A program made the position numbers and the translations under genes. A model generated the notes under the pieces. That model was given only the letters and a program-made list of their open reading frames with translations. It was not told the DNA's origin and did not search any database. 64,000 bases of DNA, taken from assembly GCA_013265495.1 (NCBI GenBank), contig MU057781.1, positions 62,001 to 126,000 of the forward strand. Direction: 5' to 3'. This stretch comes from Vicugna vicugna (lineage: Eukaryota). Shown piece by piece: positions 13,501 to 25,572 of this stretch (within the stretch, counting starts at the first letter, position 1; every line of letters begins with the position of its first letter).

Positions 13501-14454
13501 CACTCCCCAGCTCACGAGACAGGAGGCCTGGACCGAGACGCGGGACTCGTCTCCTGAAAGTCCCCACCCGCCTCCAGTCCCCGCAGCTGAGCAACACCCC
13601 GTGTGGTCAGCATTCCACATTACTCCGGGGTCTTGGTAAATAGCTTTTCTAAAAGGCTACATAGAAGAGTTACTTCAAGGAACCACTGGTACCTCAGACG
13701 ATCGGAGATGCAAGTTGCTGTCAGTTTTAAATATCACAGAGAGCTCCACCCAGACTCAGCTTCCCGCGTCCTGAGACGGAATTTCAGAGGGTGCCAACGT
13801 CTACAAAGGAAATGATATGAATTCCCAAAATGTTTTCAGAAGGACACTTTATCCGGCTAACAGTAGCCTCCGAGACTGTCTCCAGCAGCTTCTCCCGCAG
13901 AGGGAGCGCAGTCCAGAAGAGGGGGCGGGAATCTTACAGGAAAATATCGAGAGCCCTTTGTCGTTTGGATTTGTGATTATTGACAAAACTACATTTATTC
14001 TGTAGATTTATTAATGCACGTATTCCTGCCTTCTTGATCCCTTATTCCCAGCATTATATTTTCATAAGCAGGAGACACCGTTCATACACGTGTGCGTGGT
14101 GTGGATGTGTCAGTACATACGTATACACGCGCGCACACGTAGGGAATCGAGGCCAGGCGTTCAAGTGTCCCTGTCTTTGGGGACTTTGCCCTCTCATTTC
14201 TGCAGCTCACTAGCCCTTTTCTCTCCAGATGTTTTCCCCAGTTAGCACTGTTTTTACGTAACTCTATAATCCACTTTTAATGGTGCAGGAAAACATAAGT
14301 TTTAAAACTATTAAATATAGTCTGCAGGAAAAAAGAGACTCCGTGGTTTTAATTTCCATTAAACTTCTAAGAAATGATTTAATTCTTTAAAAATTCTTGG
14401 AAGCAGATGATCAAGTATCTATGCATGTATGTATTTTTTCTTCTCATTTCCTAC

Positions 14455-14706
14455 TTTTTCAGTGAAGTACAGTCGGTTGGCAACGCTGTGTCAGTGTCTG
14501 CCGCACAGCGTCGTGTTTCAGTCATACACACACAGACATTCACTTTCAGATTCTTTTTCATTCTAGGTGACTACAAGATTCTGAATAGAGCTCCCTGTGC
14601 TGTACAGTAGAAACCTGAGGTTTATCTATTATATATATGGTAGTTAGTATCTGCAAATCTCAGAATTCCAATTTATCCCTCCTCCCCCCCCCCGGTAACC
14701 ATAGTT
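14455..14706 (-). mobile_element. 5'-truncated L1 3' UTR, cetartiodactyl/camelid type
   Basis: tgaagtacagtc...gtcatacac...actacaagattctgaatagagctccctgtgctgtacag is the reverse complement of an artiodactyl L1 3' end. Confidence 0.8.
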
Positions 14707-15616
14707 ACCCTCATCATAGTTACCCTCAAAATATAAATACTTGGTGATCAAGTATTTATGTTTTGATTCTTTCCTGCTCCAGCTGACCCCAATCCATTGC
14801 ATCTAAAAGGCCTGACACACCTTTCAAGCCCACAGCTGGAAACACACTTCTAGGAAAAGCAGCTACTTTTCCTAATGCGATTTCATGAATGACTGCTAAG
14901 ACAAACAATATTTTTGCAATTTATCACTAGCTGTGAAGCACAACAAATTGCTAAAATCCTGAGATGAAATATGAAGCCCATGGAGCAAAATTATTAAAAT
15001 CTTTTCTGGGAAAGTTCTGAGGAAACCAGGGCTTCCTGACCTGCAGACGGAGGACTGAGGCTCGGAGTTCGCGCTGCTCAGGCGACTGTCTTGGAGGTGA
15101 CGACCGCGTTCTCCCATCGCGGTGGCGGCAGTTAGCAAGGCTGGAGCGGTTAGCACATCGGCAGCTAGAAAACGACGTCTGTTCCATCTCAGCCGTCCCC
15201 CTGGGGGGAAGAGCTGTAAACCTTTCAATTGTCTCTCTCCCCATCTCGGATCACAGCTGCCAACGACCCAGGAGTGAGGACACTGCAGACAACCGGGTCT
15301 GTCGGAGGACCCACCAGGAGCTCAGACTCCGGGGAGAAGAGCGCCGAGCCACGTCCCTGCAGGCCGGTGCACTCCAGACCTTCAACTGAGCCGTCCGTTT
15401 ACGTGGGTCAGCAACTTGACGTGAATAGACGACATTTGATCTAGTAAATTTTATCATGTGAGCGTCTGCTTCCCCCTTTGCCCCCACCCAGTTTATTCTT
15501 AGCAGCCAGAGGGGTGCTTCTCACTATGAGACACGCTGTGGCACATCCTTGTCCCAACCCTGCAGAGGCCTCGGGGAACAAGCAGTGGGAGTCCGTCTTG
15601 CAATTTCCTCCAATGC

Positions 15617-15728
15617 CCGTCTCCCCACCATCCCTCCGACTCCGTCTCCCGCCATCCTCCAGACCCCGTCTCCCCACCATGCTCCCGACCCCGTCTCCCG
15701 CCATCCTCCCGACCCCGTCTCCCGCCAC
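15617..15728. repeat. Minisatellite, ~4.5 copies of a 24/25-bp unit (CCGTCTCCCGCCATCCTCCCGACC)
   Basis: Units start at 15617, 15642, 15666, 15691 and 15715. Confidence 0.9.
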
Positions 15729-15839
15729 ACCCACCTAATTCTCCCTGTGGGACTCTGAGCATGTGAGACTCACTCCTGACCTGGGTCTCTGTGGGGGCCG
15801 TCCCTGCTGCTGGAATGGTCCCCCCCACAGAGAGCCACG

Positions 15840-16135
15840 GGGCTGAACTCCTCACCTCCTTCCAGCTTTGCCACAAAGGTCACCTTCCAGTGAGCCTCTC
15901 TGACCCCCCTTTGATCCGTGAGAGCCCCTCTGCACCCGGACCTCCCTTCTTGTCTGTCACTCTGAGTCCCAGATGCTGTCACTATCTCACACGACCCCCT
16001 AAGACACCTCGCCTTTGTTTACCATTTGCTTCGTGCGTTGTGAGGTGCACCCCTCAAGGGCAGAGATGTGTACTTGTTTCTCAAGATTTCCCACAATCAG
16101 TTCTTTGCACAAAGTAGATGCTTAATGGCTATTTA
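15840..16135 (+). mobile_element. L2 LINE 3' fragment
   Basis: gtcaccttccagtgagcctctctgacc...caagggcagaga...gcacaaagtagatgcttaat resembles the L2 3' end. Confidence 0.55.
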
Positions 16136-19124
16136 TAGAAACAAGTGAATGTATAAAGGAAGGTACGTTAGTGTGTCCCCTAATTTAATACTTAGTTGCC
16201 TGGTATCTGATGAATTAAAATTGTAGATGACTTGCATAAAATTTCCCCGCTTCGCATGGCACTGTTTCCCAGGGGCGCTGCATCCCTCAGGCGCACTGGA
16301 AGCCGGGGCTCTCGGTGCTGTGTGGCGGTCAGTGTTTGTCACTACTTCCAGCACTGTGCACTTGGCAAGCCCAGGGACCACGCCGCTGACCCCACATCCT
16401 CCGTGCTGACTCCAGGCAGGCGGGCAGCAAATCTTTGCTGAGTGAACTGAAGATTGAAAATGTGACCTTGCCGTGCTTGGCCGAGCCACATCCGAGCGGA
16501 GGCCGTGGGGCTCCCGTGTCTGCACACAAGGAGTTTTCAGGGATACAAGGAGGCACCGAGGGCAAAATACTTCTCAGCCTTGAAGCAAAGAGTGAGGTTG
16601 GGGCAGTTTCATGCTTCACTCCGAGACACTGGAAAGAAGCCAGTGACTATGCACACCTGGCGGGGGCGGCTAGGGCTCTTCACGGCGAGACCGCGCTCAC
16701 CACTGGCAGTGATGCGGGAGCCACGCACACGCTGCTGGAGCAGCTGGTCCAGCGGTCAGATGGGCAGAGGAACGGCCAAGTCACTCTCTTGTAAATACTC
16801 CCGTGCAGGTGGAAGGGGCTGGACCCCATGACAACCAGCAGTTTGCATTTCAACGCTCTTTCATCACACGTACTGAGAACTGAGTTGCATCTGCTCATAT
16901 TCACGTGGTCTTAGATTAGATATTTTATCAAGTTTTGAATCAGAGTATTGTGGGTGGCCCCCCCACCCCCAAGTCCTAATTCAGAGCACTCCTAACTCAA
17001 GCATGGAGAAATAAATTGCTTTATTTTCATCAAAATGCTTTTTGGTGTTTTGGAATCTCGAGGAAACGTTAGTGACATCAGGGTCTGCCTGATGCCTGCC
17101 ACCCTCCCCCCGCCCTGGGTCAGCCTCGCCCTTCAGGCTGGCACTGCCCTCGGGACCACGGCTGGCACAGGTATCTCATTAAGGACTCCTCATGGAGCAC
17201 CAATAACACTGTCGCTCCCTGGATCTGATATTTTGAAACATTTCTGCAGAAGGTGCTCAGCTTTCAGTCCAAAAGGAAGGGTCACGGAGCAAGTCCATGC
17301 TCTGTAGGGCTGGGGCGCCCCTCCGACACTGCCCGAAGCCCACCACCTGCAGAACCTCCTGGCCCAGGACGGCATCCCTGCGAGGGCGAGGCCAGCCAGG
17401 CTGCGTTTCACGCGGGGGCTCCCAGGAAACGGGGAGGGGCCTCGTCCAGGCAGAGGCGTGTTTCCACGCCTGGCTGCTCTCTCTGCTGTTGCTTTGAGTG
17501 TCCCAAGACTCTGAGAAACAGGAAACCACGCTTGCATCTGCGCCCCCGCAGTGTCGCTGGACCATCGAGAACAGGGCCTGACTAGACGCTCCCATGGGGG
17601 CCGGTGGTGACTGCTGCAGGAGCCCTGGGGCCGCGGGCCGGAAACGGGCTGGAAGTGGGCTGGATGGCCCAACCTCTCGCCATCAGGAAGCTGGGCTGAA
17701 GGGAAGGAGGGCTGGCCGCAGCCTCCGCCCAGCGCTGCAGGCCCGGAGCCCTCTGCTCGCAGACACCGCGCACTGCTGGGTGTGGTCCATCCCGCCTGGT
17801 CACCAGGGCGCCCCTGGCAGACAGTGCGTTCCGACGCTGTCTCCTTGCCAGGCACACATTTGAGCTCCAAGAAGACTGAAGCAAAGGCCCTAAGCAGCAC
17901 CTGCGCTCTGCCACCTGCTGTTAAGCAAGCAGAGCCCTTTTCCCAAGAAACAGTCCCCTGAGGCCGCAGGAACCACGCAGCTGGGACGCGGTGCAGCGCG
18001 GAGCTGAGCTGGGACAGACTATTTCACTCTCAGTAGAGACAAAGTCATATCTGCAGCCCCCTTTTTGAAATGTAATTCCACACCTTCACTTGAATGCAGC
18101 CTTTATCAGACATAAAAAATAAGTAACAGTCCATAAACTGTTTGCTGATATGGGAACCAAAGATGTGCCGATATGGGGATGCCCACCGAAGACATGCAGG
18201 GCGCCCGGAGCGACTACGAGAGTGAGATGTCAGCGTATGTCTTATCTCCCCAAATAAAGGCATGCCGAACAAAGAACACGTTCCCTTGTTATCTGCTTAC
18301 TTATTACCTCGAAAGAAGGCTTTTGCAGATTTGGACAAGTGGTCCAACGGTGGAAACAACCCTGGTGATAAGCAGACAGCTTTCGGAAACACCACAGTCA
18401 GAGATTTCTGTCTGCAGGGATGCCCAGCGCCTCCGCTACTCAGAACCCAGCTGCCGAGGGAAGAGTAACCAGAGGCCAGCGGAGCAGCAGAGCAGAGAGG
18501 GTTTATGGGATTGACCTTGAAGACCGGGACGCCAGGTGCCCGGGGAGGAAATTGCTCCCGGCGCCGTGGAAATCGTGCCGCTTGAGTTTCGGCCCCGGCT
18601 CCTGCGCGACGGGGATTGTGGTCACTTCCTGATCCGCACAGACCCCGCACCAGCTCGGGGCACAGCCAAGACCCTTCCAGGGCGCCTCGTGGCCTCTACA
18701 ATGGGGGCTTATAAAGCTCCCCAGGATACAGAGGACTGCGATGCCAGCCAGGTGGGAAATGGGAACGGGGGTCGGGGGAAGAGCCTCTCCCTGGACCTGA
18801 ATCATTACCTGTCCTTGTGCTGGGACGGGACCGCAACCTCACAACGCCGTCCCTGGGAGCTCGGCCACACCACGTCACCCCCGACTTTCATTCTACGCAG
18901 AGACCTTGTTTCAGGAGCACAGTCACCTGTCACACCAGTTCTGGGCACAGAGGTGGACGGAGCTGGGGGTCGGGCCCCCGGGACAGCGCCCTCACCGTGT
19001 GGCCCCACGTCTGCGTCCTCCTCCGGTTGCAGGTGCTTTGTCACCCACACGGGAGTTGGGAAAGGTCCCCTCCTTCCCCTGCGCTGTCCCCCTTCATTCC
19101 TTTACTGAAGGCATTTAAGGAGCT

Positions 19125-19266
19125 GACTTACTGTCTGCTATCTGCGTGCTCCGTCTGACCTGGAAGCGCCCGAGAGCAGGGACTTTTTGCCTCTTTCATA
19201 AACTGACCATCTCAACCCCTGGTAGCGGTAAGACCTTGATGAGCACCTGCTGAATGAACGAATGAA
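19125..19266 (+). mobile_element. L2 LINE 3' end
   Basis: gagagcagggact... ending in tgctgaatgaacgaatgaa, the (TGAA)n tail of L2. Confidence 0.6.
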
Positions 19267-19824
19267 GGTCTGTCCCTGAGGCCAGGCCCAGTGTGAGGTG
19301 CAGAGATGTGACAGTGGGCACAAGCCCAGCCCTGCCCTGTGGATGCCAGCCCTGTGGGAGGACAGTAATCAGACGTTCTTAAACGCTCACACACATCCTG
19401 GCGCCTGAAGATCATGGAGGTGCGACGGCCGCTCATCCCTTCCCAACACACAAACACAGAACCAAGAAGGTGAAGAGCTCACGGGAGGGCGAGCAGAGGG
19501 ACGTCACTACCAGGGGAGATGCCACAGGCTTCAGGGAGGTGAGGGGCAGAGGAGCCATGGCCCAGCGTCCCTGGTCAGGGGGACGCAGAGGCATTGGGTC
19601 ACTCGGCTGAGACCCAAGAGGCTCTGGTGCCCCCTCCTGTGGAGCAGAGGAGACCCACAGCCACGCCCACGTCTTCTCCTCAACCAGGAAAGAGCAGGAG
19701 GGAAACACGAGGAGACGTGGCAGCAAGACAGAGACAGACTAAGATGCTCAGAGAGAAGGCGTCACCCGGGGTGTGGGGGCAGATAAAGCGGAGAGCTGAG
19801 CGGAGGGCGGGGCAGTGGGGGCGG

Positions 19825-19893
19825 NNNNNNNNNNNNNNNNNNNNNNNNNNNNNNNNNNNNNNNNNNNNNNNNNNNNNNNNNNNNNNNNNNNNN
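19825..19893. other. Assembly gap (69 N)
   Basis: Run of N between a G-rich left flank and a C-rich right flank. Confidence 1.
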
Positions 19894-20114
19894 CACCCCC
19901 GACAGGGAGCCCAGACACAGCCCAACACGCAGAAGCGGGGCCGTTCCGTGGGACAGACCGTCTCTATTACACCACGTACGACGCGCATTTGCTGTTACGC
20001 CACACAGAGCACAGTGCACGACTTTGCACTGCGTATAGCATATAACATAAATGCAGCAGCGTAGAGTATATATGAACTGCACGTGTGTGAATATGCACCT
20101 GTGTTTGTACCTGT

Positions 20115-20480
20115 AAACAGGAGAATTTCCCAGAGGCAACGAAGAACATGACTCTTTATATCGAAAAAGTTCATAGAATTTTCCACAAAACTGATACTTT
20201 TAAAATGTGTAGACGTCATCAGAGAATCAGTAAACATCAAAGATAAAGGAAAGCATGACTGTAGTATTTTTCCACAAAGAAAACCCAAGTCTCCTCTAAA
20301 GTAACACCGGCTGGAAGACACCTTCCCCTTTGTGAGCTCAGGTTTTAGGAGATATTAGAACAATGTCTTCAAAAATTCGGAGAAAAACAATTCAAGCAAA
20401 TCATTGTATAATAGGCAACCTGTCAATCAAGTTTGCAGACAAACAAGAATTGTAAACATCCAAGAAACCAGATGTTGTCT
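20115..20480 (+). mobile_element. Ancient HAL1/L1M ORF1 remnant
   Basis: gagaatttcccaga...aaagataaag...aacaatgtcttcaaaa...tgtcaatcaag follow the motif order of HAL1/L1 ORF1. Confidence 0.55.
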
Positions 20481-21250
20481 TAGGAGACGCTCCAGGAAAG
20501 TGCGGCTGTGAACGAGGGAAGGAGACACCAAATGCGGTGGCTCAGCGCCAGCGGGGCGCTGACACGGAGGCCCAGCCTCCCCGCAGGAGGGAACTGCCGA
20601 GAGGAAGAGAATCAGAAAGACAGGCGCTTTGAGGAAGGACGTGCCTCTGGGAAAAAGAAGAAAAACAGGATAGAAAAGTACAGTGAGGAATGTGAGAAAG
20701 ACACTGGCCACACGTGAGAGTGAAGAACAAGGAACGGCGGGGCAGCCGAGCCGAGACACGGAGGAAGCCATGGCTTAATCCGGCGCGAGCACGAGCCATG
20801 AGAGACGCGTCTGTGTGTCTGTCGGGCTCTGAGGATGACACATTGTCCCGGGGGTGGGGACTCCCTGTGGAACGTCATCTTCCTGACTGTAACAGTGACA
20901 GCTTTTTACTTATCTACTTATTTGTCAGCTTGCAGAGCCAGCCTGTGGAGGAAGCCAGAGAGCCCCAGCGGTGCCCGTGGGCGAGGCCACCATCGTCAGC
21001 ACCCCTGGCCTGGAAAAGCGCAGCTTCCCCAAAGGCGGGCTGCGAGGGAAGTCGGGGAGCTGGTCTCCCCATGCTGTAAAAGAGAGATCACCACGTTAGG
21101 GAAGAAACTCAGCACCTTATGGGAAAAGAATGAGAAGTTGAAGTGTTTTATTCACCCATGCTTTATTGAGAGGGTATTTAGTTGGAATATTTGAGAAGAC
21201 ACGGCGTCACGGTGAGGGCCTGTGCGGCTGAGCCCAGCCCTCAGGGAGGC

Positions 21251-21735
21251 TGTGTGGTGACAGACCCCTGTTTGCTCACACTGCCCCGGGTCCGAGTCCC
21301 TTGGAAGGCCACCCGCACCGGCCCTCGCTTGGACCATCGTATCTGCCTCGCCAGTGGGACAGAAGCCAATGTGACTCGGGCAGACCTGAAAACTGCTCGC
21401 ATGTTGAGGTCTCCCCTGTCTCGCTGTGCCTAGAATCCCATGACCTCCACGTGGAAAGCGTGGCCTCAGGGAGGAGGGGCACATGGCCCGACCCCTTTGC
21501 TCCCTGCTGAAGTTGGCAGACAGGTGTGTGGTTAATACCACCTGGATCAGCCAGCCAGGGGGCAAAATGACAGCTGATGGTGACACATGGGGGACCAGCT
21601 GGGAGCCACAGAAGAACCACCCAGTGGAGCGTGGCCCCAAGTGCTGACCCGGGGCATCGTGAGCTAAATAACCCCGGTTGTTTAAGCCACTAGGTTCTGG
21701 AGTGGTTGGTCACGTGGCAGTGTGTGACTGTCACA
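21251..21735 (+). mobile_element. MLT1 (MaLR) LTR
   Basis: 3' end agaagaaccacccag...gtgagctaaataa...gttgtttaagccactaggttctggagtggttggtcac...tgactgtcaca is typical of MLT1. Confidence 0.75.
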
Positions 21736-24443
21736 GAGAGCTGTACAGAAAGGGCTGCCAAGGCAAAAACCTACAAAGCGTGGCATTTACATGAGGACGC
21801 TGGGTCCCGTTTATGGAGCGTGGGAACCGTCAGCAAGGCCACTGCCTGTGCTCACTTGGAAGGTGGAAGATACACTCAGTGACCAGAGTCGCTGAGCTGG
21901 GAAGATGATTTCCAGGCGAAAGGCTGCAGGCGTCAGTCAGCTGCCGTGGTCTGCTGGTGACGAGGCAGGAGACGGGCAAGACGAGCTGAAGAAAGGTTTG
22001 TTCAGTTTGCAAGTGGAATTGAGAGGGGCCCAGATGTGCAGAGTTGGAAGAAAGGAACCCGTTTCTCACCCCAAGGCCCCAGCTGCAAGTGATCCTCAAA
22101 GTGCAGTGGGGCCTGGGCCCCAAACCGAGTAAAACCAGTTCCCGTAAAAGACTTCGGTAAGGCCTCCAAATGGTTCGGGCTGGCGTCCAGCAGCTGGGGA
22201 AAAGGCCGCTGAGGACTCTGGCCGCTGAAAGCCTGCAGAAGGCCCGTCCCGCCGCCGCTGACGGCTGCGTCTCCGCAAAGCGCGTGCGTGTGGCTTTTGT
22301 CGAATCTGATGCACAGAAAACCCACAAAGCTTTCAAGCGTGTTACACCAGGGAGAGGACCGTCGCCTCGACTCGGCCCGAACTGCTGACCGGCCAGATCA
22401 CGCGTTAAGTAGGCGGCCGTCCCGCTGATCCCCTGCCCGGGGCGGTGCGCTGGGAGAGTTGCTTTGTCAGCAAAAGCTCTCTCCCATCATGCGGCCAGAG
22501 AGGACTCGGAACATTCCTCACCTTTCCTGCGACGTCAACAGCCATTGTCTAAAGCCGACACATCAAGAAACGAAAACATCAACAGCCTGGTTACAATGGA
22601 AAAGTTAACTGACGAAAATTAAAACAAAACAAAAACATAAAAGTACTAGCCGTCCAAGGAAGCGGGCCCTGGGGTGGGGCGCGCGTCCCTGGAGCACGAG
22701 ACCCTCACTTTCCCTCTTGGTCTTCTGTTCCCGTGTGTAAGATGCGTGAGTGACAGTCAATGTGAAGACCTGTGAAGTTAGAGCCTCGGGAAATGGCGCA
22801 GAGCCGAGGTGCCGGACGCGTCACGCCACACGCCAGGCACACGGGGTGCAGGGTGTGCGCCCAGGAGCGAGTGAGGTGCGAGTCCCCGTCGGGCAGCCCC
22901 AGGGGGTGAACCATGCAGAGTGGGCGGTGCGGCCTGGGGGCACTTGAGGGCGGGCACTCTCAGCAGCCCACAGAGAGGATTTAAGGAGTGGTGGGGAAAG
23001 GATTCAAGAGTAGTGTCTCACAGACTCACCGCCCGGGGTCGGGGGACAATCAGAGCAGACAGGGGCCCACTCGCACACAACGTCGTGTCCCTGCCACCCT
23101 TGCCGGGACCTCAGTGTTGGGACGTCCTGGGTGTGGCAGGATGCCCTTGATGGCTTCTGGTCAAGTGACCAGCTGAGAGGGGATTCCTCCAGCTCATGGC
23201 CATTGAAATCATGGTGCAATCTGAATTTGCTTTCCCTCTGGACACGGTCAACTGTGTGACTTCAGTGGCACCATGGACTAAAGGGCCCGGGTGTCCCCAG
23301 CACCCCCGCCCCCGCCCAGCTGCTGCCTGGAGTGCGATGCTGTTCCCCTGGTGGGCGGGGGAACGCGAAAGACCCGGCACATCTCCCGTCCCATGAGCAC
23401 AGGTGGGGCCAGGTGTCTGCCTTGGGGCAGCAGCCTGGGAGCAGGAGGAGCTGCAGCGATTATGGGAAGAGGCAGGGCCTGCAGGGGGACCCGGTAGAGA
23501 GAAACCCCATTCAGGGCAGTTCTGGTGGCACCTGGAAAAAGCCAAGCCCCAGCCCCGGAGACAGCGTCACTGTCACCTGCGCCCGGACCCCGGGTAGGCT
23601 GCTGGGAAATGAGCCTGACTTCAGTCACATCCTTCCCATCAGGGAACCGGAATTCCTCAGGGACGGATCTGCACCACGAAAGGCCAGCAGGACCTCACGC
23701 TTCCTCGAAGGGGCCTCTTTGGTGTGTGGAGCAGGGCACTGCGACCCGCCACGCGCGGGAGAAAGCGTCGGTGAGACACAGTCACAGAGGCCAGTGGAAG
23801 GAGGCTGCGGGAGTGATATTAATTACAGCCTTTAATCCATCAGGCTGTGCTGCCGGCTTAACCTCTTCAGGGTTCTCTGAGTTCGTCTATGATTAATTAT
23901 TTTTGGAAATAACAGCCAACATCATAGCTTGTTAATAGGTTTAAAATAATAAATTAAAAAAAAAAACCTGAGAGGTTTACAACGGCTTTAGCTTCCTAAG
24001 TGTCTTAAGTAATTTCGCCAGTAAAGCATCCGCTTTCGTCCATGGAATCTTCTCCTTCGTCTGCGTTCTCTCTCCACGAAGGCACAGCTCTCCAGGCGCA
24101 GCAGCTGAGACAAGGCGAAGTCAGCCGCTCGTGACCCTCCCAGAAAACCACATGCCTCGCGGACAAGTCCTCCTGTGTCTGAAACGGTGACGGCTCAGAC
24201 CAGAGGTGGGGCTGCCCAAAGGGCCTGGCGTGATTCACTCTGGTTAAGAGTTAACATCCTGTCCTAATACAGAGCTGATCCAGGTCTGCGTTGGTGGCAG
24301 GGATGCAGCGGGCGCCGTACACGTTTGGGAAATGTGCACGGGCTGCTTTCACCCGAGAAGGGAGCCAAGTGCAGCGGGGCTGAGGGGAGGCTGGACTGGA
24401 AACCCGGTCTGGGCAGCAGAGGTTGCTCTGCGGGCAGGTGTGT

Positions 24444-24615
24444 GGGCAGAAGGTCGCTGGCTGTCCGCATCACCCTGGAGCATCGCACATCTCCAGGCTC
24501 TGACACCTTCGCCCCCAGGGTCACAGCAGGGGCAGAGGGTTGCTGGCTGTCCGCATCACCCTGGAACATCGCACACCTCCAGGCTCTGACACCTTCGCCC
24601 CCAGGGTCACAGTGG
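24444..24615. repeat. Tandem duplication, two copies of an 86-bp unit
   Basis: gctggctgtccgcatcaccctgga...cccagggtcacag occurs at 24456 and again at 24542 with few mismatches. Confidence 0.95.
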
Positions 24616-25572
24616 GGAGGGGTGCTGCTGCCACCAGGCAGGATCTCGTCCTGGACCCAGCACTGGTGGACTGCCGTGGGGTACTCGGCTGTCCGGGGGC
24701 GAGAGGGAGGGTCACGGTGTATCCAGGCCCTCGCGGGCTCACAGTCTAGGGGGGTGGGCACCGCGTGAATGGACGGTGACAGATGAGCAGGTGCCTCACA
24801 TGCAGGTGCACTTGGGGAGGCTTTCTGGGGCGACACCAGCTGAGTGTTCAAGGATGAGCAAGAGCTGGCCGGGACCTCCGTGGAGAGATGCCTGGGGCTC
24901 CCAAGGGCTGCAGGGAGTGCTGGGCCTGGAGGGAAGGCGGGGGCTGGAGAGGAGAGCAGAGATGGGGAGAGGGGAGAGGGCCACATGCCAGGCCAGGACC
25001 AGATGCTGGAGCCTGGGGGGCGGTGAGTAGGCTGGGAACCACGGGGCTGGAGCGGAACACCGCAGTGTGTGTCTGCCTGGCTGTGGGAAAAGCGGGCAAA
25101 CCAGGCAGAGGGAGACGGGACCTCACCAGCTGCAGGAGGGACAGTGGGAAGCAGAAAGCTGGGGGGCCGTGAAACCCCCTCCTCTCCCTCCTGCACCCTG
25201 ACCCTGCAGAGGGCTCCTCCTTGTGGCTGTCCCTGCCTGCATGCGCCAGAACCCAGGGGCCACCCAGGGGTGTGACAGAAGTCACAGCAAAGGCAAGGGG
25301 CTTGGTCCAGAGGAGAAAACTGGGGTCACCTGCCCCTCGGGCGGGACCACGGTGGGGGTGAGATGCCCTCATCCGCTCTGAGCACAGCAGGCAGTGGGCA
25401 CCCTTAGTCTGCACCTGGAGCAACGTGCTCCAGGGACAGCGTCCCCAGTGCTCCGTGTTCAAACACAGATGGCAAAGCCCTTCCCCGGCCCCTCAGGTGC
25501 CTGGGCTCCAAGAATCCCCAAGTTCATGGAGGTGTAGAGAGGCCGGCACCTGAGTTCATTCAGCCCTGCCAT

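Noticed and set aside
13693..13800. Possible 108-nt minus-strand cryptic exon
   Set aside because: Good acceptor but weak donor (GAG|gtacca), and stops in all three frames. Indistinguishable from background pseudo-exons.
15041..15200. Possible 160-nt minus-strand cryptic exon
   Set aside because: Modest donor (CAG|gtcagg). It frameshifts alone and hits a stop at once when joined to the 22305-22070 segment. No similarity to TCERG1L.
24264..25196. Longest ORF in the track (310 aa, minus strand)
   Set aside because: Pro/Ser/Ala-rich with no recognisable domain. It runs through the 86-bp duplication and L2-like sequence, as expected by chance in GC-rich DNA.
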